Shown here piece by piece: positions 53,046-63,388 of a DNA stretch of 64,000 bases. The notes beneath the pieces were generated by a model that was not told the DNA's origin, did no database searches, and was given only the letters and a program-made list of their open reading frames with translations. The stretch comes from Octopus sinensis. Lineage: Eukaryota. The stretch is taken from assembly GCF_006345805.1 (NCBI RefSeq), contig NC_042999.1, positions 63,984,001 through 64,048,000 of the forward strand, written 5' to 3'. Within the stretch, counting starts at the first letter, position 1. Each line of letters opens with the position of its first letter. A program made the position numbers and the translations under genes.

Positions 53046-53438
53046 CGTAGGAGTGGCTGTGTGGTAAGTAGCTTGATTACGAACCACATGGTTCCGGGTT
53101 CAGTCCTACTGCGTGGCACCTTGGGCAAGTGTCTTCTACTTTAGCCTCGGGCCAACCAAAGCCTTGTGAGTGGATTTGGTAGACGGAAACTGAAAGAAGC
53201 CCGTCGTATATATGTATTTATATGTGTGTGTGTGTGTATACGTTTGTGTCCCCCCCCAAAATCGCTTGACAAGCGATGCTGGTGTGTTTACGTCCCCGTA
53301 ACTTAACGGTTCGGAGGGGAGAGACCGATAGAATAAGTACTAGGCTTACAAAGATTAAGTCCTGGGGTCGATTTGCTCGACTAAAGGCGGTGCTCCGGCA
53401 TGGCCACAGTCAAATGACTGAAACAAGTAAAAGAGAGT
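53044..53438 (+). mobile_element. SINE family A, near-consensus
   Basis: Full copy inserted in a (TA)n tract. Confidence 0.9.
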
Positions 53439-54074
53439 ATATATATATAGGAATAAAGCTGCAGAAACATGTCTCTCGTGGACGTACATATACTGCAATT
53501 GAATCAACCGGATGCACATAAGTGTTACATCAAGGGACATTAGGACGCCTATGCAGCAGAAACACGTGTCGGACAGAAATTTAACGCGAGAATTCTCCAT
53601 TTCTTCCTATCTAGAATATATACACTTTTTACCATATGAAATCCAAGGAAGCGAACTCAAGATTTACCTGTCTAGTGAAGTATCATGTAATTGTTTACCT
53701 TAATCCAGATGTGGCTAGCCAGAACCTGGATTATATAAGAATCTTAATAAGATACTTGCCCTGATCTCAAATACCTATTCTTTTAGGTTACATGAACGGA
53801 ATCGAAACGCCCCTCATTACACCATATCAGCTTAATAAAGGAAAAGGTACATTAGATTGTACAGTTGTAAACACACCTAATAAGATACAGAATAGCCGCA
53901 GCTTCAATGTCTTTTGATATAAGTTTGGTACATCAGGGTATGCTTCGAGAAACTTAGTAAAGAAGGTGGGGGTTACTCTATAATCTTGCAAAGGAGATTA
54001 TTCAACTATTTAGCTACATAGACTGCTACAACCCCAACCTCTTCGAGACTAAAGAAAGCATGAATTAGTCGAAG

Positions 54075-54395
54075 CAATGTGAAGACACTGTTGACCGTTT
54101 CCTTCGACTACAAGAGGATTGTTCAACCATGAGTATGCTTCGACTAGTCAGACCTTAAACAAGGAGTTCCACTACGAGGTTTTGTGGCGGTTGCAAGATG
54201 CTATTTGTCGGAAAAGTTTACAAATTGCATGTGTCCCATGATTGGTAATTGCACCATGACAATGCATCTGCCCATTTAGTGCAGCTTGTGCAACAGTTTT
54301 TGGCTAGGCACAGCATTCTCCAGGTCCAACAGCCACCGCATTCCCCAGATCTCACCCCTTGCGACATTTTCCTCTTTCAAAAAACCAAATCAAGA
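54075..54395 (+). mobile_element. Mariner transposase fragment (irritans-like)
   Basis: LHHDNASAHLVQLVQQFLARHSILQVQQPPHSPDLTPCDIFLF. It ends at the foldback insertion site. Confidence 0.8.
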
Positions 54396-54403
54396 CAAAT
54401 CTG

Positions 54404-55184
54404 GGATCTTTTCCTTTTGAACGGCAGTTTTCAACACAATTTCTAGTTAACTAAACACTTTTAAACTTCGTATACTGGTAGAATGTGTCAAAATAAAACA
54501 TTTTTTTCTCTTGGATTTCTTGAGAAAATTGTAATTTGTAAGTTTAACGTAGCTTAATTTTTCGAATTTTAACCAATCCTATGCCCTCTACTGAGCTAAA
54601 ATCATTTGCTGCGTCTAAAACAGATAACATCCTGTCACTAACCCTAGCCCTCACCCTAACCCTAAATTTTAGCCTTTCGTTTTTTTTTTCTTAATTGTTA
54701 AATTAATTTAAGGATAACAATTAAGAAAAAAAAAAACGAAAGGCTAAAACGAAAGCAATGGAAAATAATTTTGATTTAACAATTAAGAAAAAAATACGAA
54801 AGGATAAAACGAAAGCAAAAACTCAAAACAAAATCAAAACGAATAATTTTAGACACACGCGTAACAATTAAATTAATTTAACAATTAAGAAAAAAAAAAA
54901 CGAAAGGCTAAAATTTAGGGTTAGGGTTAGGGTGAGGGCTAGGGTTAGTGACAGGATGTTGTCTCAGTTTTATGCGCAGCAAATGATTTTAGCTCAATAG
55001 AGGGCATAGGATTGGTCAAAATTCGAAAAATTAAACTACGTTAAACTTACAAATTACAATTTTCTCCAGAAAGCCAAGAGAAAAAAATGTTTTATTTTGA
55101 CACATTCTACCAGTATACGAAGTTTAAAAGTGTTTAGTTAACTAGAAATTGTGTTGAAAACTGCCGTTCAAAAGGAAAAGATCC
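54404..55184. mobile_element. Foldback/MITE-like DNA element with ~310-bp TIRs containing telomere-like repeats
   Basis: Termini are GGATCTTTTCCTTTTGAACGGCAG... and ...CTGCCGTTCAAAAGGAAAAGATCC. The arms run ~54404-54710 and ~54869-55184 with about ten differences by eye. The 8-bp TSD caaatctg is at 54396-54403 and 55185-55192; an alternative reading gives a 6-bp aaatct TSD with GGGATC ends. CCCTAA-type units lie in the left arm and TTAGGG-type units in the right arm. Confidence 0.9.
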
Positions 55185-55820
55185 CAAATCTGGGACAAGC
55201 ACAACTAGAACACCGAATGTTTAGGTAAGGCATTGTATTAAACTCGATCTAGGAATATGTATTAGTAAAAGCGGCAACTTAAAAAATTATTAGAATACTT
55301 GTCTATATTCGAGTTTGATGAATTCTCTCCTAAAGATAATCTATTGTAGTATTTACTAGATTTTACCGTTGCTTAATATATTGGTTTCAAATTTTGGCAC
55401 AAGGCCAGCAATTTCGGGGCAGGGGCTAAGTCAATTAGATCGACCCTAGTGCTCAAGTGGCGCTTATTCTGTAGACCACGAAAAGATGAAAGGTGAAGCC
55501 GACACCGGCAGTATTTGAATTTAGACGAAATGCCGCTAAGCATTTTGCTTGGCGTGCGAACGATTTTGTCAGCTCGCTTAATGTATTTATAAAACAAATC
55601 ATTTAAATCTGACGATATTTTATTGCAGGGATAGGAAAATAATCATAAAATTATATCATAAATATTTAAACCATCTAAATGTAGTGTTTCGAATCAAGCA
55701 CATCATTCCTCATGGGAAAGGCAAACGTTACGGAAGTGGTGATGTGACACAAATGTAAATATTAAAAAAAAGAGAAAAAAAGAAATATTTGGAAAAAATA
55801 AAATTTGGAAACGTACTCTC

Positions 55821-56964
55821 TATTGTATGAAACACAGAAATACTAAAAAAGAAACATGGAAAAAAACTGCTCTTTTTCTTTCCCCATGAAGAGTGAGGCG
55901 CACAATACGAATCTCTCCGTATTTCAAATCACATTCACTGAGAAATGTGAATGAACGAAGATTTGGTAAATTTCTACAGCTACACCTGTTTGTCTTCGGG
56001 TTGGGCGATAGTTTACCTAAACAACAAGTAATTTTCGACGTTTTTGATAGTCAGATTCGTTCAAAACACACTAAAATACCACAGGAAAAACACATTTCCT
56101 CTTTAAAGGGTGTGTAGAATGGCTTGTAGTCCTTCATTCATTTCCTTTGGCACTGTATAATATATCCATGTATTATGGCTTTCTCTTATTATTTTGTTAG
56201 ATGCGATCGTGCGGCGTACAAGAGGAGACCTTGTCACCAAACTCCTTACGTACGGTCGATATATATATACCTACAGGTGTAATAGTAAACATTTACCTAA
56301 AATTGTTGATGTGTAATAGGACAAAGAACACTACACTGACAAAACGATCAGGTGTTTACTCCTGCATACGAGAGGACAATGTGGTGAACTCGGTTAATGA
56401 AGTTGTAAATAATAGCCATGGATTGGTCAATTCCAGGTTGTGAACAGTCAAAATTTATATAAATAGTTATGTTGCGGTTGAAGTGATGTAGCACCGGCAC
56501 AGACCCACGTGTTAAGTGTTTGAAATTAAGCTGACGTATATCCGATAAAATAAATAAATCTTCAGGGGTGTATCAACACCTTGCAAGCATTTAGATATGA
56601 TTTATTAACATGGTACAAGTCATATGAAGTTGGTCATGAATTACAGATATACACGTAGAGTCAACCTGATGAAAAAAATATAATGCAACAAGCTAGTAAC
56701 TTGATATCAAAAGCTTAGCACAGGGACTGGGTTAAACCCAGGAACATATAAAGGCATTGCTTCATGTCTGCCTTCATATACTGCATGTCTGAATGACCAT
56801 GTAGTTGTTATAGCAACTTGGTGAGAGTGGAGGCAATCATTCTGGGCTGATGTATGAAACACAGAAATACTAAAAAAGGAAAATGAAAAAAATCTGCTCT
56901 TTTTCTTTCCCCATGAAGAGTGAGGCGCACGATACAAATCTCTCCGTATTTCCAATCACATTCA
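55821..56964 (-). mobile_element. TRIM/LTR-like unit with ~117-bp terminal direct repeats and decayed Gypsy-like pol fragments
   Basis: Direct repeats at 55824-55939 and 56851-56966 differ by 7 substitutions in 116 nt, with no indels. The second starts TGATGT and both end ACATTCA. A 5-bp ctctc flanks the unit (55816-55820, 56965-56969). The minus strand encodes PVLHHFNRNITIYINFDCSQPGI (~56420-56495; RNase H-like spacing PVLxHF...DxSxxGI) and L*QLHGHSDMQYMKA...YVPGFN (~56735-56850; integrase H2C2-like). No clear PBS or PPT was seen. Confidence 0.45.
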
Positions 56965-57314
56965 CTCTCCAATAAACCGCGCGATCTTACTTCCAAAATA
57001 ACTATAGAACAGAGTTAAGCTTTCATCGAACCAAGCCTCGTGAATCGGTTATGATCTCCGGTTTTATCTATTCATTTCGCTTCATTTATGTCACTAATAC
57101 ATTTAAAGTGATAAATTTATGTAAAAAATTATAACTAATGTTTCTGTTCCCGATAATTTCGATAGTAAATGTAATGTCACAAAGTACGAGCGAACAGAAA
57201 AGGCTAACTATTTAAATTAAAAAAGCGTCCTTCCGTGGCGTTTGTCTTTAAACGTTTTCCATACGTTTAGAAACTGTAACCAGTCAGTTGCGTTCTGCTG
57301 TCTGGTGTTGCCAC

Positions 57315-57378
57315 GTAAACTTATTTATCGTTCACTTTGTTATTTTATTTCAAGTGTTTAATATCGTTTGCTTTTTAG
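57315..57378 (+). other. Possible short 5'-UTR intron of the EB1-like gene
   Basis: 64-nt GTAAAC...TTTGCTTTTTAG segment with a pyrimidine-rich acceptor, 77 nt upstream of the ATG. Motif evidence only. Confidence 0.22.
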
Positions 57379-57455
57379 GATACAATATCCATCAATATAT
57401 TCATATACGTTGATATTCTTGAAATAATAAGCCTGGACTTCAGAATACAACAGAT

Positions 57456-58781
57456 ATGAGTGCAAATAATTGTTTCAAAATTGAACATGTCAGTAAAGAA
57501 GATTTGATTATTTGGTTCCGTCGTACAGTTTCTCCGAAGTTCAATGCAATCGAAGACCTATGGTCTGGATCCGATCTTTGCTTAGGAATGGAAATACTTT
57601 TCCCTGGCTCTGTTGATTTACGGAATATAAAGATTGACAGACTTACAGAAAACGATCGGCGCCATAATTTTACTTATCTTCAAACAGTTTTTGAGAAAAA
57701 TGGTGTTGAAAAAGAGATTCCCGTTGAAGATATTTTAAAAGGAAATTTTAAGAGTTGTTATCAGTTTGGGCAATGGTTCCGATCATTCTTTCTGGAGAAT
57801 TATCAAGGCCAACCTTATGATATAAACCAAATTAGAGCCTCATGCAAAAAGAAAAAGTTCAAGAAAAGGGCTACAAAATCTCAAAATAGAGAACATTCTC
57901 AAGATACAAAGGACTTCTCTGAAACGAATGCTCAGTCACCAGTCGACAAAAACAAAGAAGAAACCTCGAAATCAGGGAATCACCGTGATAATGAATCTGT
58001 TCATAAAAACGCTATGATTCAACCGCCGAAGATATTCGTCAAATCAAAGAATTTGGCTGTGAATAATACGTTTCGGGTTCAAAATGTAAGCAAAGAAGAT
58101 TTAATTATTTGGTTCCGCAGAGCAATCGCTCCGAAATTGTCCAGCATTGGTGAATTAGGAACCGGTGTCGATTTTTGTGTTGGTATAGGAATATTATTTC
58201 CTGGCTCAATTGCTTTTGAAGATATAAAATTCAGTCCTGTTACCGACACGGATAAACGCCAGAATTTCAAATGTCTTCAAGCTGCTTTTAAAAATTTTGC
58301 AGTCGATAAGGATATTCCAGTGGAGAACTTAATAAAAGGAACCTTTAAAGGGAATTTCTTCTTCGGAAAATGGTTTAAAGCATTTTTTCACGCAAACTAT
58401 AAAGGTCAAACGTATGATTTGTGTCGACTGCGTGGTTTGGGTAATAATAATTACAACAAAAACAACAGAAAGAGTCATTGTTATGAAAAATGTGAAAGGG
58501 AGAATTCCGGTCAAGGTGACGCTTGCAGGAGAAATAGTGAATCTGGTGTTGAAGCGATGGCAAAACATGTTGAGTGCCACCGTAGATGTAAGTTGATATT
58601 AGAAAAGGAATCCCAAACAGATTTGGACTATGAAGCTGATATGAGCGACAAAGACAGGGAGTCGGATAATAACAAGATAGAGAAACTTTCTGAAAAACTG
58701 CAACGGATCGAAACTATTTGCAGGAATAATCCAGACGAAGGAATATGTCTAATGATATGGAAAGTACTCGCAGAGGCTTGA
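57456..58781 (+). CDS. MAPRE1-like: Intronless EB1/MAPRE-family protein with two tandem EB-type CH domains (aa ~4-127 and ~203-326) and a degenerate C-terminal EBH domain
   Basis: The ORF is an uninterrupted 441 aa, with an in-frame upstream stop at 57420-57422. Both repeats align to the EB1 CH domain: ILFPGSVDLRNIK and ILFPGSIAFEDIKF vs EB1 MLFPGSIALKKVKF; NFKCLQAAFK vs NFKILQAGFK; VDKDIPVENLIKGTF vs VDKIIPVDKLVKGKF; WFKAFFHANYKGQTYD vs WFKKFFDANYDGKDYD. The C-terminal EKLQRIETICRNN...IWKVL aligns to EB1 GKLRNIELICQEN...IVDIL. EB1 sequence is quoted from memory. Confidence 0.92.
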   Translation: MSANNCFKIEHVSKEDLIIWFRRTVSPKFNAIEDLWSGSDLCLGMEILFPGSVDLRNIKIDRLTENDRRHNFTYLQTVFEKNGVEKEIPVEDILKGNFKSCYQFGQWFRSFFLENYQGQPYDINQIRASCKKKKFKKRATKSQNREHSQDTKDFSETNAQSPVDKNKEETSKSGNHRDNESVHKNAMIQPPKIFVKSKNLAVNNTFRVQNVSKEDLIIWFRRAIAPKLSSIGELGTGVDFCVGIGILFPGSIAFEDIKFSPVTDTDKRQNFKCLQAAFKNFAVDKDIPVENLIKGTFKGNFFFGKWFKAFFHANYKGQTYDLCRLRGLGNNNYNKNNRKSHCYEKCERENSGQGDACRRNSESGVEAMAKHVECHRRCKLILEKESQTDLDYEADMSDKDRESDNNKIEKLSEKLQRIETICRNNPDEGICLMIWKVLAEA

Positions 58782-58825
58782 TTGGATAAAACTGAATAGA
58801 GTATGACAGAAAGATATTGTGAATG

Positions 58826-58837
58826 AATAAAAAAAAA
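58826..58837 (+). promoter_or_regulatory. Candidate polyadenylation signal / A-tract after the EB1-like gene
   Basis: AATAAA running into an A-tract (gAATAAaaaaaaagtt), 45 nt after the stop codon. Confidence 0.35.
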
Positions 58838-59379
58838 GTTGTTCTTTGAATTGGAAAAAGAATCCAACAATAATCATTATGTACTCTTCACCAATGCTGA
58901 AGAAATATCCAATGTTGATTTGGAAACATTAATTCACACAACATTGCTTATAAATATCGGACATTCAAAGAAGCATTTTGTTATATAGTGAACGGGAATA
59001 TTGTCAGTCTTTAGAAATGTTTTTTACAAAATCATTTCAAGATTAGCTGTTTAATGTAAATTTAAAAATATTAATATTAGTAAATATTTTTCTCCCTGTT
59101 GTAGCTTTCATGTGTATTTGGTTTAAATATTACACTTCAGTATATAATTATAGTTTATCATAAATGTATATATTGTTAATCCGTTCCTTTACTGCAAAAG
59201 TTCAGGTATGACCTTTCATTTTACAAAAGGAAAAATTTTATCTTTTTCTTTTTCAATTTTTTTTTTTTCATAAATTTTGATTCTATTTGCATCTGTAATA
59301 TTGAACCTAAATTTATATGCTATTTACAAGTGTTGTTCCTAAAGCATTGAAAAAATAGGCATTACGTTTTTTTTTTATT

Positions 59380-60450
59380 GAAATAGGACGTCCAAGTTGC
59401 ACATGTTAGCAGAGCATCTCTTTCTCTATACAAAGACAGTACTCAACATAACCCCCTCACGAGCGATGTGTTTGCATTTTCGTTGGACCCAAGATATGTA
59501 TCGTCTTAAAAAAATCAGGTATGCTCTGTTGCAACCATTTCTCTACATACACTTAAACCTAATCTCAGTCATAATTTCGTTGTCCTCTTCATTAGACCAA
59601 ACAGAGAGAAGTCAGAGGGTGTCAGATCTGGACTGTACGGTGGATGGGGGAACCACTGATTTGCTCTATTTGCCGATTGCCTGGTTTGTTGCCAAAGATG
59701 TCTATGATAATGCATCGTTATGGTGAATGTGGTTAGTTTTCTGATTCTTGTTTGGTATTACCCACCTGATGGTTTTTCTAAGCCTTTATATTGCTTCAAT
59801 GTACCGTACGCTGTTCATAGTACAGCCAGGGTTCAGAAAATTAAGGACTTGGCCCCCCGCCCGAAGCTACCATACCATCTTGTGTCGAAGCTAGCGCTTG
59901 GAGAAGAGATGTGACAACATTCTATGCACTGAGCCTTCGTTTCTGGATCACAAAGATACGGACACGTTCTTTCTCCTGTCACCAGATCGGGAAAAATATA
60001 TTCATTAGCTTCAAGCGCTTCAGCAAATTACAGGAGGCTGCCACCCTTCTTTCCTTCAAATCGAGTGTCAACTGCCGAGGTACTTACTTCGCACAAACTT
60101 TCTGACATCCAAAGTTTTCCATTATCTTCTGTATTGTATTGCGACCACAGTCCAGTTGTGCGGTATGCTCACAGATTGTGACTCATCTATCTGCGCGAAT
60201 CAGTACGTCCACTCACTGGCGATTCGTGTCAGTAGTCGCAGCTGATGGCCTTCCGCTGCGTTGTTTGTTTTTAGTTTCCCATTCTTTAAACTTGTAAACA
60301 ATGTGTATCTTTCTGTCGGATAGCCTGTCCCTCATCTTCATCAAGAACACAACATCACGTTCCTTCTGTTTGGAACTATTATGATGAAGAGGAAGGAGAT
60401 TTAATATAGATGAAGAGTAACACGATCAACATATGCAAGTTGTCAGTTAA
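59380..60450 (-). mobile_element. Heavily decayed irritans-like mariner
   Basis: The minus strand encodes SGRPSAAT, QKVCAK*VPRQLT, DLVTG...DPETKAQC and PHPPYSPDLTPSDFSLFG, plus a C-terminal HIAREGGYVE-like stretch. Ends are degenerate. Confidence 0.75.
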
Positions 60451-60836
60451 TAAAAGAAGTTACGCCCACTTTTGCATTACTTTCAGGATAATCCTAGTAT
60501 TTTAATACTAATACATAAATGTACACATAGGCACAGGTGTGGCTATGTAGCCAGAAGCTTGCTTCCTAACCACATGGTTCTGGGTTCAGTCCCACTGAGT
60601 GGTTTCATGGGAAAACATCTACTATAACCTTGGGTTGACCAAAGCCTTCTGAGTGGATTTGATAGATGGAAACTTAGATTGTCGTATATGTGTGTGTGTG
60701 TTCGGCAAAAAAGACCGACAGAATAAGTACCTGGCTTAGCAAAAAAAAAAAAAAAAAAAAAATTAAGTACTATTGCAACGGGCCGACAAAACGCTTGTGA
60801 GTGGATGTGATAGACGGAAACTGAAAGAAGTCCGTC

Positions 60837-60907
<71 letters not shown>

Positions 60908-61324
60908 TGTGTATTTGTATGTCTGTGTTTCTCCCCCCACTATCGCTTGACAACCGATGTTGATGTGTTTACGTTCCGTAACTTAGCGGTTCGGCAAAAG
61001 AGACCGACAGAATAAGTACCAGGCTAACAAAGAGTAGATCTTGGGGTCGATTAATTCGACTAAAAATTCTTCAAGGCGATACCCCACAAAGGCTGCTGTT
61101 TCTAGCGTAGCTAGAGTGTGTGCCGCCCGAGGCGGCCCTTCCGTTTTCCGCCGCTGGACCCCACAAAAAACACATTGCCTACAGCAGACCCAAATATTTA
61201 TATACTGATATATACAGTTACAAGCATAACAAAGAAAAGCAAACACGATCTGTTAGAACAAGCAGCTAAATCTTGCTCAAATCATTATGGACTGTTAAAA
61301 GGAAAAAAAACAAAGGACGCATAG

Positions 61325-61708
61325 TTGTATTAAGTCGATTACATCGACCCCAGTGCGTAACTGGCACTTATTTCGAAAGGATGAAACGCAAAGTCAACCT
61401 CGGCGGAATTTGAACTCAGAACGTAACGGCAGACGAAATACTGCTAAGCAATTCGCCCGGCGTGCTAACGTTTCTTATTTCTTTATTGCTCCCATGGGGC
61501 TAAACTTAGAGGGGACAAACAAGGACAGACAAACGTATTAAGTCCATTACATCGACCCCAGTGCGTAACTGGTACTTAATTTATCGACACCGAAAGGATG
61601 AAAGGCAAAGTCGACCTCGGCGGAATTTGAACTCAGAACGTAGCGGCAGACGAAATAGTGCTAAGCATTTCGCCCGGCGTGCTAACGATTCTGCCAGCTC
61701 ACCGCCGT
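61325..61708 (-). mobile_element. SINE family B dimer (different junction)
   Basis: The second unit re-enters at gaaacgttagc near the head; spacing is about 217 nt. Confidence 0.85.
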
Positions 61709-62642
61709 ATAGTTGTCGGATATATTGCCTGGGAACAAACGAAATAGTCACAGATGGTTCGTATTTGTTCATAGATCTGCTCGAGCACGGCTGATCTCGA
61801 TGGAGTTAATCGTCAGCACAAGAACAAAATAGGAACTCGAAATAGGAATAATCTTCGATTTTAATTATGTTAAAACGATATATTTTCTCCTGAATTTCCA
61901 GTTAGCTTGGTATAAACATCATCTTAACTGGTAGGAATCAGTTTTTATACCTATTTCTCCATGCATGCTGTCTCCATGTTACTAGCTGTCATTTCAACTA
62001 ACATTTCTGTGTTATAGAATTAACTACACTAGTTGAAATCCACGTGGTCACTCGACCCGCTAGAAATAGCAGCCAAATCCCATTCAATCTATATTCTGCT
62101 GTTCTTTATTCTTTTACTCGTTTCAGTATTTTTAACTGCGACCATGTTGGGGCACCGTCTTGAAGGGTTTTGGTCGAACAAATCGACCCCAGGATTTATC
62201 AATTTAGGTCTGGTATTTATTCTATCGGCCTCTTTTGCCGAACCGCTAGGTTACGGGGACGTAAACACACCAACACCGGTTGTCAAGCGGTGATGGAACA
62301 AACACGAGATAGACACAGACAGACAGACAAACAGACACACACACACACAAACACACACACACAAACACACACATACGCACATATATATCGTTTGCTATTA
62401 TGGAAAAGTGTCGTATGTCCAAAACGTTGCTTTTTCAGAAATCGAAAAAATAGTTCCACCATTCCATAGCCAAACCGCTGTACTGCACTTTGGCAAATTT
62501 TGATATCTTGGCATCTAAAGCAGCTAGAGATACGATAGTTTAATCAAAAGAACCGGCTATTGCAAACAAAAATAAATAGCGAAAACAAAAAACGCATTTG
62601 GCCAAATGTGGGCATACGACAATATAATATAATAGCAACGAA

Positions 62643-62687
<45 letters not shown>

Positions 62688-63388
62688 ACACGACGGGCTT
62701 CTTTCAGTTTCCGTCTACCAAATCCACTCACAAGGCTTTGGTCGGCCCGAGGCTATAGAAGATACTCGCCCAAGGTGCCACGCAGTAGGACTGAACCCGG
62801 GACCATGTAGTTGGTAAGCAAGCTACTTACCACACAGCCACTCCAACACTTTTCATAGATTTCAGCATGAAAATCACCGATAAAACTAGTGTATTGAAGA
62901 AAAATACCTTTTGCTTTTGAATACACCCAGAGTAACACACGCACTTTCGTGTCTCCCTCATAGTCAGATGAGCAATAAATGCATAGTTTTCTCGTTTTAA
63001 CAAATTGTAACGAACGATGTTAGTACTTGTTGTTCACGAAATACGATCTATTATACATTAAATAAAATATTTGAATGATTCACAAACACACGCATCACTG
63101 TCAGTTAGAAATGAGGTGATGCATCACCCTTCCTTCACTGTAACTACTACTTGTGTCTGCTGTTTTCAACTACCAACACATCCACCAGAAATTTGACCAA
63201 CTTCCACACCAAACAGTCACTTAACCTCTCACCCTTCGCAAAATTAAACAAATGCCTGATGTAGCAATGGCCGTTTTTGAGTCAAATGTACACCAACGAA
63301 CAAGCTTGCACACCAGTCTGCACACATACACTCAAAGATGTAGGCGCTGGTGTCAAGAGTTGTGTATGTTTATCATTCAAATGTTTAT

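Noticed and set aside
54640-54950. True telomere or chromosome fusion site
   Set aside because: Only 4-5 degenerate units per side, embedded symmetrically in the TIRs of an element with a TSD.
58842-58980. In-frame ELEKES echo of the EB LEKE motif in the 3' UTR
   Set aside because: Only five residues match, it is separated from the ORF by three stops, and the rest shows no EB similarity.
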